Source: Hyaloraphidium curvatum SAG 235-1
Taxonomy: Eukaryota > Fungi > Monoblepharomycota
DNA: 64,000 nucleotides
Assembly (NCBI GenBank): GCA_025558095.1
Contig: JAIVFI010000024.1
Location: forward strand, 496,001-560,000
Direction of reading: 5' to 3'
The translations under genes and the position numbers were made by a program. This document shows positions 33,986-44,800 of this stretch, piece by piece (position 1 is the first letter of the stretch; the number at the start of each line of letters is the position of its first letter). A model generated the notes under the pieces. It searched no databases. It was given only the letters and a program-made list of their open reading frames with translations, and had not been told where the DNA came from.

Positions 33986-34978
33986 ATGGCGAGCCCGCGC
34001 TTCCAGGACCGCCGCATCGTGCTCGGTGGGGCCGTCGGCGAGCCCTTCTCGTTCGAGAGCGCGAATCCCGCCAACTACTTCGAGGCCCTCAACGCCCCCG
34101 ATGCCGCGCCGCGCGTGACGGTCTGGGGCCAGCTCTTCCGCCCTACGAGTGCCGCGTTGCCCGTGCCCGCCGTCATCGTCGTGCCGGGCAGCCTCGGCGT
34201 GGCCGACTCGCACCTTGCACACGCCGGTCGCCTCGTCGAGCTCGGCATCGCGGCCTTGGTCATCGACCCTTTCGGTGTGCGGGGCGTATCGTCGACCGTT
34301 GCCAATCAGGCCCAATACTCGTTCGCTGCGAGCGCGTACGATGTGCTGGCGGCGCTCCGGGCGCTGCAGGCCGTCCCGGGCATCGACCCGGCGCGCATCG
34401 GGGCGCAGGGACACTCCCGCGGCGGATCAGCGGTGCTCACGGCCGCCATGCGCCGGTTTGCGGAACCGATCCTGGCGCGGCGGGCACCCCAAGCTCCTCC
34501 CCTGCGCGCCGTCTACGCGGCGTACCCCTGGTGCGGCCACCAGTTCGACGATCCGGACCCCGGCAGCACGGTCGTCCGCACCATCATCGGCGAGCGCGAC
34601 GAATGGTGCTCCCCGCAGCAGGCGCAGGCCGCGATGCACGCGATCCGTCTTCGCGGGGGCAGGGCGGAGTTCAGGCTCGTCCCGGGCGCGCACCACAGCT
34701 TCGACCGGGAGAGCGGGGTGGAAAAGGTCGCCAACGCCAGCGTGACGCCCAACGCGCCGACGACCTATGTTGGGAACGACGGGGCGATGGTGCATCCCGT
34801 CACGGGGGTCGCGGATCCAAAGGCGACCGACCGCGAGCTGATGCTCTGGGCCGTCAAGGCCGGGTACGGAGTGAGGGGGGCGGCGATCGGCGGGGCGAAC
34901 GGGTCGCAGCAGCTGTTCCGGGAGGACATGGACGGGTTCTGGGCGGACGTGTTCGGGATCGCCCGTTCGAAGATGTAA
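33986..34978 (+). CDS. Dienelactone hydrolase-family alpha/beta hydrolase (intronless)
   Basis: Nucleophile elbow RIGAQGHSRGG, acid residue in IIGERDEW, His in GAHHSFD. Confidence 0.85.
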   Translation: MASPRFQDRRIVLGGAVGEPFSFESANPANYFEALNAPDAAPRVTVWGQLFRPTSAALPVPAVIVVPGSLGVADSHLAHAGRLVELGIAALVIDPFGVRGVSSTVANQAQYSFAASAYDVLAALRALQAVPGIDPARIGAQGHSRGGSAVLTAAMRRFAEPILARRAPQAPPLRAVYAAYPWCGHQFDDPDPGSTVVRTIIGERDEWCSPQQAQAAMHAIRLRGGRAEFRLVPGAHHSFDRESGVEKVANASVTPNAPTTYVGNDGAMVHPVTGVADPKATDRELMLWAVKAGYGVRGAAIGGANGSQQLFREDMDGFWADVFGIARSKM

Positions 34979-35014
34979 ATCAAAGGTGCTCGCTAATTTT
35001 ATACCAGATTTGCA

Positions 35015-35698
35015 ACCTTCCCCGCGCTCCCGCCGAACGCGTTGCACGCTCAGTGACGCTAGATTCAACATCCGGAAGCGCGAGACAATCGGAAAGTCGT
35101 CCATTCCACGGCGAGCTACGGCAGCGAAATCAATTGAAAAGTGCGACCCAGGTGACATAGGCACCTACCGGGGCGCGAACGAGCCTGCCGTCCACCATCG
35201 ACCAACGTCAAGGCACTCCCTGAGCCCCGATGCGGCCCGAGAACCCTTGAATCCGCGCCGGCGCCCCGCACCGTCGATGCCCGCTCCGGTCCACCTGCCG
35301 TCCTCGCCAACCGTGGCCTTCCCGGCACTCCCGCCGAGCGCACAGGACGCTCAATGAAGCTAGATTCAACATCCGAAAGCGCGAGACGTTCGGAAAGTCG
35401 TCCGTTCCAAGGCGAGCTACGGCAGCAAAATCAATTGAAAAGTGCGACCCAGGTGACGTGGGCACCTACCGGGAGACGAACAAGCCTGTCGCTCGCCATA
35501 ATCTGGCTTCAAAGCAATCTCTGAGCACCGGTGCGGCCCGAGAACCCTTGAATCCGCGCCGGCGCCCCGCACCATCGATGCCCGCTCCTGTCCACTTTTC
35601 GTCGCCGCGGAGCGGGGCCTTCCCTGCGGTTCGGTCGAGCGCCAAGCAGGTCCCAAAGGCCCAGATGAAGAATCCAAAAGCGCGAGACGATTGGAAAG
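35015..35698. repeat. Diverged ~301-bp tandem repeat (2 full copies plus partial flanks), apparently non-coding
   Basis: gctagattcaacatcc occurs at 35058 and 35359; a partial third start lies at ~35672. The period is not a multiple of 3. Confidence 0.9.
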
Positions 35699-35712
35699 CA
35701 GGCAAGGTCCCG

Positions 35713-36260
35713 TCACCGCTTCGGCATAGGCGGCACCGCCGCGAGCAGCGAATCCAGCAGCGCGTCGATCGATTTTCTGCCCCGAGCAGCGGATCAGCAA
35801 CGCCTCCGGGTCCAGCGACCGCCGCGACCCCACATTCTCTTGCCCAGCGCCGCGATGGAGCCCATCTCCGCGTCCAGCGCCTCGACGGCGTCGATGAAGG
35901 CTTCCACGCGCGCGGTCGAGTCCGCCACCGCTGCTGCGAGGGACGCAGCCGCGTCGCGGTGGATCTCGGAGGCGAGTGCGGTGGTGGACATTGCCTGCAG
36001 CGCGTCCGGACGCGTCGGTCGCCGTGACGGGTCAGCGCGAACAAGTTGGCGAGTCGGTTCCCCCCCACCGTCTCCATTTTGCCCCGCAGCGCGCGCATCA
36101 GCGCCTCCAGCTCCGCGCCGATCCTGCCGGCCTCCTCGTCGATCGCCGTGAGCAGCGCGGGGTCGAGCGGGATGGTCTGCGCGCGGCGCGTGTCGGGCGA
36201 GAAGATCGAGGGCAGCGCGAACGGGCGCGGCGACGGCGGGCGCGAGGGGGGCGGCGTCAT
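35713..36260 (-). CDS. BORCS6/BLOC1S3-like coiled-coil subunit (3 exons)
   Basis: Spliced product LLTAIDEEAGRIGAELEALMRALRGKMET|AMSTTALASEIHRDAAASLAAAVADSTARVEAFIDAVEALDAEMGSIAALGKRI|KSIDALLD fits the BORCS6/BLOC1S3 pattern. Confidence 0.65.
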
Positions 36261-36354
36261 GGTGAGCTGCGAGGTGCGAGGGAGGGCGACGCGTATCAAA
36301 GGCGTCCGGCGCCGTTCGCCGAGCAGAAGACGGGAGGCCGCGATCGCGCACGCG

Positions 36355-37816
36355 ATGATCGACGCGCGGGCTACATTGCACACCATGGCGGGCTCCAGCG
36401 AGCTCATCAAGCTGCGGCTCGAGTCGATCGACGACTGCCCGCTGCCCGAGTGGGAGCAGATCGTCGCCGAGTGCGCCGCGACAGACTCCGGGGCCCAAGT
36501 CTTCGGCAGCACCCTCCCGGAGCTCCTCGCGCTGCACACGCACGCGTTTGCCGCCGGGCGGGAGCCGAGGCCGAAGATGGCGTCGGCGCAGCTGCTGTTT
36601 GCGCTGCGTGCCTGCGGCCGGGAGGATCTGTGGGCCTCGTTCGTCTCGGACGTGCGCGAGGCCGCCAAGGATCCCCGGATGCGGGGGCAGCCCGTACGGG
36701 TCCTGCTGAGGACAGTGCCTCTCGATTTGGGCGCGAAGTTGGAGGACAAGAAGGGCGGTTACGTTCCGAAGACGACGAAGGAAGAGGTCTCGACACCGAA
36801 GCATGGCTCCTCCGCTCCAGCTTCCACGGACGAACGCGCTTCGGCCGCTCCGGCGATGCCGTCACCACCACCGCCACCTACTGCCGCGGTGGAGAACGAC
36901 GAGGAGGCAATTAGCATCAGCAGCGACTCGGAAGCTGACGGCGGGCGCGCGACAAGCTCCCGGATGGCAACCCCGGCACGCGCTCGGCCCGCGCAAAGCG
37001 CCACGCCCTCGGCTTCGGAGGTGCCGACGCCGAAAGCCAGGATCCGCAAGCGGAGAAATTTGCCGCTCTCTCCGAGCCCGTCTCCGAGCCCGTCTCTGAG
37101 CGACGGGCCCGACCGGCCTGGTGCCGAGCGTGCGGAATCGTCCGAGCTTTCCGAGCACTCCCTTCCGAGCGAATCCGACGAGGGATCCGACTACGAGAGC
37201 GGTCAAAAGCCCACAAAGAATGGGAACTCCGGATCCGAAAGCGCGAGCCAATCATCCGATGCTTCTTGGCGCGACAGCGCCGATCGACCCCGGCCAGCGA
37301 AACGGTCGGCGCCTCCGCCTGCAAAGCGCCGCAAAGAGTCCTCGGCGGAGCGAGGCACGGAGGAGCCCGAAACATCTGCTTCCAAATCTCCGCCGCGGCG
37401 CCAAACAAAGAAGGCCGGGCCTGGCTCCGCGGACGGGGATGGCTCCACGGTCTTCTTGACGGTGGCGACAAAGAATCGGTGAGGTTCCCCGGCCGCATTG
37501 CTGTGCCAACGTTCTGATGTCGTTCCAGGTATCCGCGGGGCAATTGCCAGACCGACAGGCCGATCCGGCAGGTCCTCCGACAGCATCTCTTGCGCGCCTA
37601 CTGCGATGTCGTATCGCAGAGGTCCCAAAGACTTCCACCCAGTACTATGTCTACACGGACGACACGGAACCCAACGTCGACCGCTTCTGGGAATGGCTTT
37701 TCAGTCCAGCTGGCCTCGCCAAGCTGCGGAGTTCGGGATCGGGAGCGGGCCAGCTGCTGCAGTGGGAGCGGGACCGGAGGAGGACGCAGAATCTACCTGC
37801 GCTTCCGGTCATCTGA
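36355..37816 (+). CDS. Hypothetical protein with a large S/P/R-rich disordered region and NLS-like motifs
   Basis: Long coding-biased ORF containing PPPAKRRK; probable intron near 37479-37528 joins the 37517-37816 ORF. Confidence 0.55.
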
Positions 37817-37917
37817 TGCTATTGTGGATTTAGTTGTTATGTGGAGATAATTGGATTGCGAGCGAGAGAGCAAGTGTCATGGGGGTGTTTCAAAATCGAA
37901 AGTGACAACCTCTTTCT

Positions 37918-39601
37918 TCACATGCGCGCCCGCACCCTCGTGTCCACCTTGCCCGTGTTGATCTGCGCGTTCGGCGGCAGGTCGCCGAACTTCTTGTTCT
38001 CCCTCGCCAGCTTCTCCAGCAGCGCCGCGGGCTTCAGCTCGGGGCCGTACTTGGATTCGAGCTCCTTCATCTTGTTGTACACCCTCTGGAGGCCAACGTG
38101 GTCGGCAAAGTACTGCGCACGTTGTGAGAGGTGGTTGCAAACACGTTCGAAAGCGAAAGACTCACCATCAAACCGCCCTTGGCGCGGGGAAAGCCGTAGC
38201 CATAGACATAGCAGATGTCGATGTCGGAAGACCGCAGCACCTTGCCCTGGTCCAGGATCTCGGCTCCCTCATTGATCATGGGGAACAGAAGCCGCTCGAG
38301 AATCTCGGTCTCGGAGAGCTTGTTCGAGGCGGTGTAGCCCTTCTCCTTCCTGAAATCTTCGATGACCTTCTCAGTGACCTTGGACGGAATCGCGCGCCTG
38401 CTTTCGTCGTAGTCGTAGTAGCCTGCGTTGGTCTTTGGGACCGCGCTTAGAACGGGGAGACTCATAACGTGAAGCCTTTGGTACCTTTTGGCCGCGCCGG
38501 TCCATCTCGCAGAGGCGCTCCCGGATGTCGCGGCTCGCGCTGGTCTCCTTGGACCACCCAATGTCAAGCCCCGAGAGATCGCTCATCTGGAAAGGTCCCA
38601 CTGAAGAGAACCGCACGTTAGAGGTCAAGCAAAACGTGCCTCGATCGGCGAAACGACGTACTCGGGAACCCGAATCCGAGGAGCACCTTGTCCACGTCCC
38701 AGGGCATTACACCCTCCTCGAGCACCAAGCGGTTCGCCTCGCGCTGACGCTGGTACAATATGCGATTTCCAACGAAACCGTAGCAAACTCCGGCCAGGAC
38801 CGGCACTTTCTGGATTTTCTTCGAAATGGCCATGGAAGCCGCGAGAACTTCGCGCGAAGTCTCGCGTCCCTGAACGATCTCGAGCATGCGCATCACATTG
38901 GCGGGGGCGAAGAAGTGCATGCCCAGAACTCCGCCTCTTCGCTCCGCCGGGACCGCAGTAGCAATCTCGTCAATGTCGAGGGCCGACGTATTGGAACCGA
39001 GCAATGCGGTCGGCTTGGAAACAGCGGCGATTTTCCTGAACACTTCCTGCTTCACTTTAAGATTCTCATAGATCGCCTCCGTGATCACGTCGCAGTCCGA
39101 GAGGGCAGAGTAGTCCATCGATCCAGTGAGAAGCGACATGCGCTTCTGCACGTCCTCGGCGGTGATACGGCCCTTCTTTGCGGTGTTTTCATAGTTCCTC
39201 CTAATGACCTCGAGTCCGCGCTTCAGGGCGGCCGCGTCGGCCTCGACGATCACGACGGGAATGCCGGCATTGGCGTAGCACATAGCGATCCCGCCACCTT
39301 TCGGGAACCGAAGCAGGTTGCCGATGTCCGCGCCAAGGAACCAAAGTCAGAGACCGAGCTTCGAGACTTCCTGCCTGGACAGGCTCACCCATCGTCCTTT
39401 CAGAAACCAAAATCAGAGATCGAGCATCACGAGCTTCGGCGCCGGACAAGCTCACCCTGCGCCAATCACGCCGACTTTCTCGATCTTCGGCATCGGAAGG
39501 TCCTCGGGGATCCCCGGGATTTTGTACGTCTCCTCCTCGGCCTTGGCGAGGTAAGACGCGGCGGCCTTCGGATCCGGATACGAGACGGCGGTCGAGGACA
39601 T
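37918..39601 (-). CDS. 3-hydroxyacyl-CoA dehydrogenase (HAD domains only), C-terminal -ARM PTS1-like
   Basis: Introns 39397-39455, 39298-39388, 38601-38661, 38433-38484 and 38113-38165 restore VGVIGAGTMGGGIA, EAIYEN, SNTSAL, GMHFFAPANVM, GFVGNR, FPMGPF and GQKTNAGYYDY. Confidence 0.92.
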
Positions 39602-39692
39602 CGTGGAGACGGCGACAGAAACGAGTGGGAGACGGTTGTGTTGATGGAGACGCCGCGGCGCGCGCACTGCGCGACCGAAACCGTTCGTGTCA

Positions 39693-41078
39693 ATGGAAAG
39701 CGATGGGCCAGGGCCAGCGTCCAGCGACCTCATCTCGCTCGTTGCAACGGTCTCGACCGTCCGCACCCATCGGAAGTACGCGTTCGTGGACCTCGTGCCG
39801 GCAGGGGAGGACACCGTGCCGGACACCTTGCCGAGACCGCTCCAGGTCGTGCTGTCGGAATCGACCGGCTTTACAATCTGCAGACTGGGAGCAGACTTTC
39901 GTGAAGCCGTGGAGCATTTCCATGACGGCGCCGTGGTTCGCGTTGAGGGTACGCTGGGCCAGACAAAGATCGGCACGCCTTCCGTCTTCGCCCGAGAAGC
40001 GGAGCTCATCAGGGTAGCTCCTGATCCCGGCAAAGTACTCCGGCTGCTTGTCTTTGCTTTCCATGACGGGCTGGATGACAAGCGCGGCGCAACGGAGGCC
40101 GCTTCTCGTGCTTTGGATCTCGACTTGGCGGACCTGTCAAAGAGGTTACCAAGCCCGCTACCCGCGGTCGTTGACATACTGCCCGGAAGCACTTTGTGGG
40201 ACTGTGCCGTGGATTTGGCTCTTCACCTTGCCGGTGCGTCGGCACGATCGAGAGCAAAGAGGCGCGCTGTTGCGAAACGCGAGCTTGAAGTCTTGGAGAG
40301 CGTTGAGCGCCAATTGGCCGCAAACGGCTCGTTGCTTGTTCCCAAACTTGTTGCATACGACGACTTGGACGTGCACGTTGGGCCGGAATCCGTCGTTCTC
40401 TCTTCCGACGTCCCTCACGACGATGTTGCGCGTCGCTTGGAGTATGAACGGACCAAAAAGGCACCGCAGATCGCCTGGTTCATTCGGACCGTTCGCGACA
40501 TGGTTAGCGCGCTTCCGCCGGACAAGCGTTGCGGGGACATCGTGGATGTCGGTGGCGGACGCGGCGGGCTGGCATGCGCACTGCTCCGTGCACTCGGGAC
40601 GGAGTTTCCGTCGATGTCCTTGCTGGCGGTGGACACCAATTCGACCTCGCTGGAGCAAGGCCGCCGGCTGGCGTCTCTATTGCCCTCGGAGCTTGTCGGT
40701 CGGATCCGTTTTGTTGAGGTGGATGCCTCGGCTGCCCCGTTCGAATTTTGGTCCTCGGTCTGTCTCTTTGTCTCCCTCCACGCCTGCGGCGGCTTGGCAG
40801 ATCTCGTGCTTTCCCTCGCCCGGCGCACGGACAGGCCGTATCTGATCTGCCAGTGTTGCTTTCCCAAGCACGCTAGCCTGAACCCTCGCGCAAACGACCC
40901 GGCGCTGGCAAGCGTGGCATCGCTCGCTGAATGTGATACCCCCGAAGTGCAGCATCGTGCCGCGGTGTGCGTGTCGTCGGCGAGGCTGGGCGGCGAGGGC
41001 AGCCTCTGGATGTTCGATCGCACATGGAGTCCGCGGAACTTGGTGCTCAGGGGCGGATTGCCGTGCGAGGAGGGCTAG
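39693..41078 (+). CDS. OB-fold + class I SAM-dependent methyltransferase (Methyltransf_32/METTL25-like)
   Basis: Motifs IVDVGGGRGGL, LHACGGLAD, CQCC and WSPRNLVL. The N-terminal segment resembles an aaRS anticodon-binding OB-fold. Confidence 0.8.
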   Translation: MESDGPGPASSDLISLVATVSTVRTHRKYAFVDLVPAGEDTVPDTLPRPLQVVLSESTGFTICRLGADFREAVEHFHDGAVVRVEGTLGQTKIGTPSVFAREAELIRVAPDPGKVLRLLVFAFHDGLDDKRGATEAASRALDLDLADLSKRLPSPLPAVVDILPGSTLWDCAVDLALHLAGASARSRAKRRAVAKRELEVLESVERQLAANGSLLVPKLVAYDDLDVHVGPESVVLSSDVPHDDVARRLEYERTKKAPQIAWFIRTVRDMVSALPPDKRCGDIVDVGGGRGGLACALLRALGTEFPSMSLLAVDTNSTSLEQGRRLASLLPSELVGRIRFVEVDASAAPFEFWSSVCLFVSLHACGGLADLVLSLARRTDRPYLICQCCFPKHASLNPRANDPALASVASLAECDTPEVQHRAAVCVSSARLGGEGSLWMFDRTWSPRNLVLRGGLPCEEG

Positions 41079-41868
41079 CTGGAGCATAGTGTAGTAGCCA
41101 AGAACGACCGTATTGTGGAATCGGAGAGAACAGGACCATACGTTGAAGATTCGCATGGTCGATCAGTCAGAGCTCGTCTGACGCTGGATCGTGATCCGTC
41201 ACCCTCTCCGCCCAACCATGGACCCCGAGACGCGTCGCGACCCCGACACGCGTCGAACGCGATGCTACAGTCGCAAGCTACAACATCAAATGTCGGGCTG
41301 CATTGTGCTGTCGGCATAGCGGTCTTCTACGGTCGAATGGCTGCAATGCGAGACGACAACGCGCTGTCGTGTTGCCCACGGTTCCACGGCACCTGGGCGC
41401 GAATTCCTTTTGACCGTTCCAGACATTCTCACTTTTTCTGAGCTCGTTGGACCCGCGATGTTTGGTTCCTGGAGTTCCTTCAGAGCATGAGGCTGGATCG
41501 CGGACTTCGAGCTTCTTCCGCTAGGATGTCGTCCGCGAGTCGAGTGGAAAGCATTCTGGTCATTGCTTCATAGCAGGTACGAGATGTATTCGCGTCTTCG
41601 GGATAGATTGATGTCCGGCAATCGTGATGGCGACCGGCGGGGTCGGGGCTGAGCGCGAGCTGAGCGAACTGATACACTCTCAACCCGTCAATTCTCGACG
41701 TCGTTGCTCCACAGAAAAGCTTCCGCTTCCCACATCCGCCCTACGCCTGAAACGTTTACAAGCGCGCCGATGAGCGCAGGGAGCGGCGGAACGGTGAGAG
41801 CTCGTGCTTGGGGAGTTTCGATCAATCCTGGGCACTCACGGTCGCATCCATCCCACTTCACGACCTAG

Positions 41869-44800
41869 ATGCTCTCAATCGTCGACGAGCTCATGGACCT
41901 GATCCGGCAGGCTGCGCCAGTCGGAGACCCGTCGGCTTGGGCCCGCGCGGTGCAACTTGTGCGAGCCCTAGAAAGGCGTGCAGACACACCCCAAGAAGCA
42001 AGGACCGCTGCGGCTCAGCTCCTCGTCTCCATGCAAGTCGGCCCCGCCGGTTCTTCTCATGCCCCTTTCTCTTGGCCGCATTGGATTTCGTTCATAAAAT
42101 TTGTCAATGAGGTTCGAGACAGAGGCCCGCAAAGGGCACCGGTCGGCTGATGGATGGAGCCTTCGCAGATATCGATTCGCAAGGCCTCCGTCTCCGGCAC
42201 TTCCATTGCACCTGCTCCGCAGCAAGAATCTACGAATGGGCCCGCAATCCACACTTCCGGCTCGACGACAACTTCCAGCTCTGCAAAGATCAATTTCAAC
42301 ATCGGCTCTGCTCCCCTTTCGAACCCGGCCCCGGCTTCATGTGCACCTGCCAAATCTACCGTTCAGACCACCAAGCTACTTCTTCCGATCACGGGCGCTC
42401 GGACGATGACGGCAAGGTCTTCTCCTTTCGGCCAGCGACCCCTGCCCAGGGCACCTCCCGCCGCTAAGAGAGCTGGTGACGGACATGACGTACCACCTGG
42501 AAAACGGGTGGCGCTCAACACGGTGAGCCTGGCGTATTTGCGATGAACGAAGACGCGGATAACGGACCCGCAGTCGATCCAGTCTTCGGGCTCGCAAGCG
42601 ACGACATGGAAGCGCTTCGACGGTCAAGGATCAACGTCATTGAGCACAAGAAAGCTGCGCGACTTGGTAGATCGTCCGTCATGCATGAACGTGTACCGTT
42701 CGCTGACTCGCTCGCAAAGTCTTCCAAGAATGTCGCCGCCAAGCCCGAACTCGCTGCGTCGACCGACAATGTTGAAGGCAGCGAGCCGATCAAGGCCATC
42801 GACATCGACATCGACAATGCCCCCGACCATCTGTACCCCTTTGCCTGGCTCTCGTTTGATGACCTCGAGTCAACGCACATAAGGTCAGGCTTCGGCACGA
42901 ACCGCATGCTTTTGGTGCTGACTATACCCTCTAGCTTCCCTCTCAAGGCACGCACTTACGAAGTTCAGGCCGCTGTCTCGTGGCAAGGGGGCGACAAAGG
43001 CAGTCAGGACATTGTCTTCCTTCCCGTTTCCGGCTCCAACCCCACTCTGCTCTTAGCATCCGAGTCCAAGGTGCTGCTGGAAAAGTGCAAGCGCTATGCC
43101 GCCTGTGTTTTCCGCCACCGTGCAGAGGAAACAATCGGCAAGCACATCTACGCTCTCCACGACAAGGGGCACGTTGCGCTTTGCGCCGTCCTTGAAATCA
43201 CGGACGGAATCTGGACTGGATTCAAGCTCGGCATTGCGCTCACGTCCAAAGCCATCTGCCATGGGACGCAAGCCGGTGACGCCGGCTCGCTGACCACGAA
43301 GGAGACCGAGAGCGTGTTCGTTGACGTGGGTTCGTTTCTGTTCCCTTGATGATCCGCTACTTAGTCGTCCGCGCTGCAGCATCACAAGCATCTCTTCGCA
43401 TACGTCATGTGCAAATGGCAGTCGCAGCCAGATGCGCACGGATATGGCAGTGCCGACATCGAGGCGCAGATGAAGTACTTCGAGCCGCGGAACTATGCAG
43501 TCGACCGTGATGACCTGCGGAGCTATCTGGAGAGTTCAAATGGGGATCCCACGGACGCTAGGGCGCTCTTGAGCATGATGAGGCTCCGCTCCGACGCTCT
43601 TGAACTGGAGCGTGCCGTGGACTCGCTGCCTGGGTCTCCGCCGCCGGCCCAGTTCTTCCCGCACCAGAAACTGGCCCTCTGCAGGCTCCTCGCCGCGGAG
43701 CGCGCACCTTGCAGCTTTGCCGGGGTGCTGCACCCGGGTTGGATACCTGTGAAGGTTGACGCGGCTCTATGGGGCAAGGCCATACGTGGGCTGCGCGAGC
43801 TGCGTGACCTCATCGCTCTCTGCCACTGGCCGACCGGAGCCTGGTCTTTTAAGTTCTTCGATGCTCCGCGCGCGCCATCCGCCATGATCGCGAGCGATGA
43901 GCCCGGGATGGGCAAGACGGCCGTCTTTTTGGAGCTCGCAAAGCAAGGCAAAGCCTTGGATGCCAAGCTGCGAGAGCAGGGCGTTCCCGAGGAGTTTGTG
44001 GGACGTCCCACCGTCCCGTGCACCCTGCTCATAGCTCCCTTGCTGCTCAAGGGTCAGCTGAAGGACGAGTTGAAGCTCTGGGGCCAGGGTCTTGAGCATT
44101 TGGATCTGGGAAGGAACGCCAGCTCCGCGCGCAGGAGCGAGGGCATCGAGCTCCACCATGTTGAGGCGACAGTGCGGAAGGTCTGGCCCAAGGATCTCGT
44201 TGTCGTTTACCACTCGAACGGCAAGCTCGACTGCGATGAGCGGGAGCTCTTGGCCGTGCGCTGGAGCAGGTTGATCGTGGATGAGGCGCACTTCCTGCAC
44301 AACGACAAGGGACATTTGGCTAGCCTTTGCGCCGAGCTTGCGTACGGAAGCGTCTTTCTGATTACCGCCACGCCTATCGGCTCGCGCCAACCCTTTGCGG
44401 ATCTTCGAAAGCTCGTCGACTTCCTGAACCTTGCCCCGTTTGCAGACGATCAGCTGCGCTACATTGTTGAAACCTCGTTCCTTTCGCCGGAGCAAAAGGC
44501 GCGGATCATCGTCGGTGTCATCGACAAGTGCTTCGTCCGCAGCACAAAGCGCGACATCAAATTGGAAGACATGGAGGAAGAGACGTACCTCGTCGATGCG
44601 TTGCCGGAAGAAAAGCGCCAGCATGCTTTGGTGCTTTGCTTGAACCGTCACCGCATGGAGCGTATGCACGCGGATGCCGAGCTCAAGAGGGTCGTCGAAC
44701 TGGCCAGAGACACTGCCCATCCGGGAGGAAGACTTCCGCAAGGGAAGCAGGCTGTCATCAACACCTTGGGGTCTTTCGAGCGGAGGATGCGCGCTGATCC

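Noticed and set aside
22400-35700. Helitron or Pack-type transposon as the carrier of the gene fragments
   Set aside because: No Rep/helicase or transposase, terminal inverted repeats, target-site duplication or hairpin-CTRR terminus could be identified by eye.
41078-41165. tRNA-like start (ggagcatagtgtagtagcc)
   Set aside because: No D-loop GG, no T-loop GTTC and no acceptor-stem pairing.
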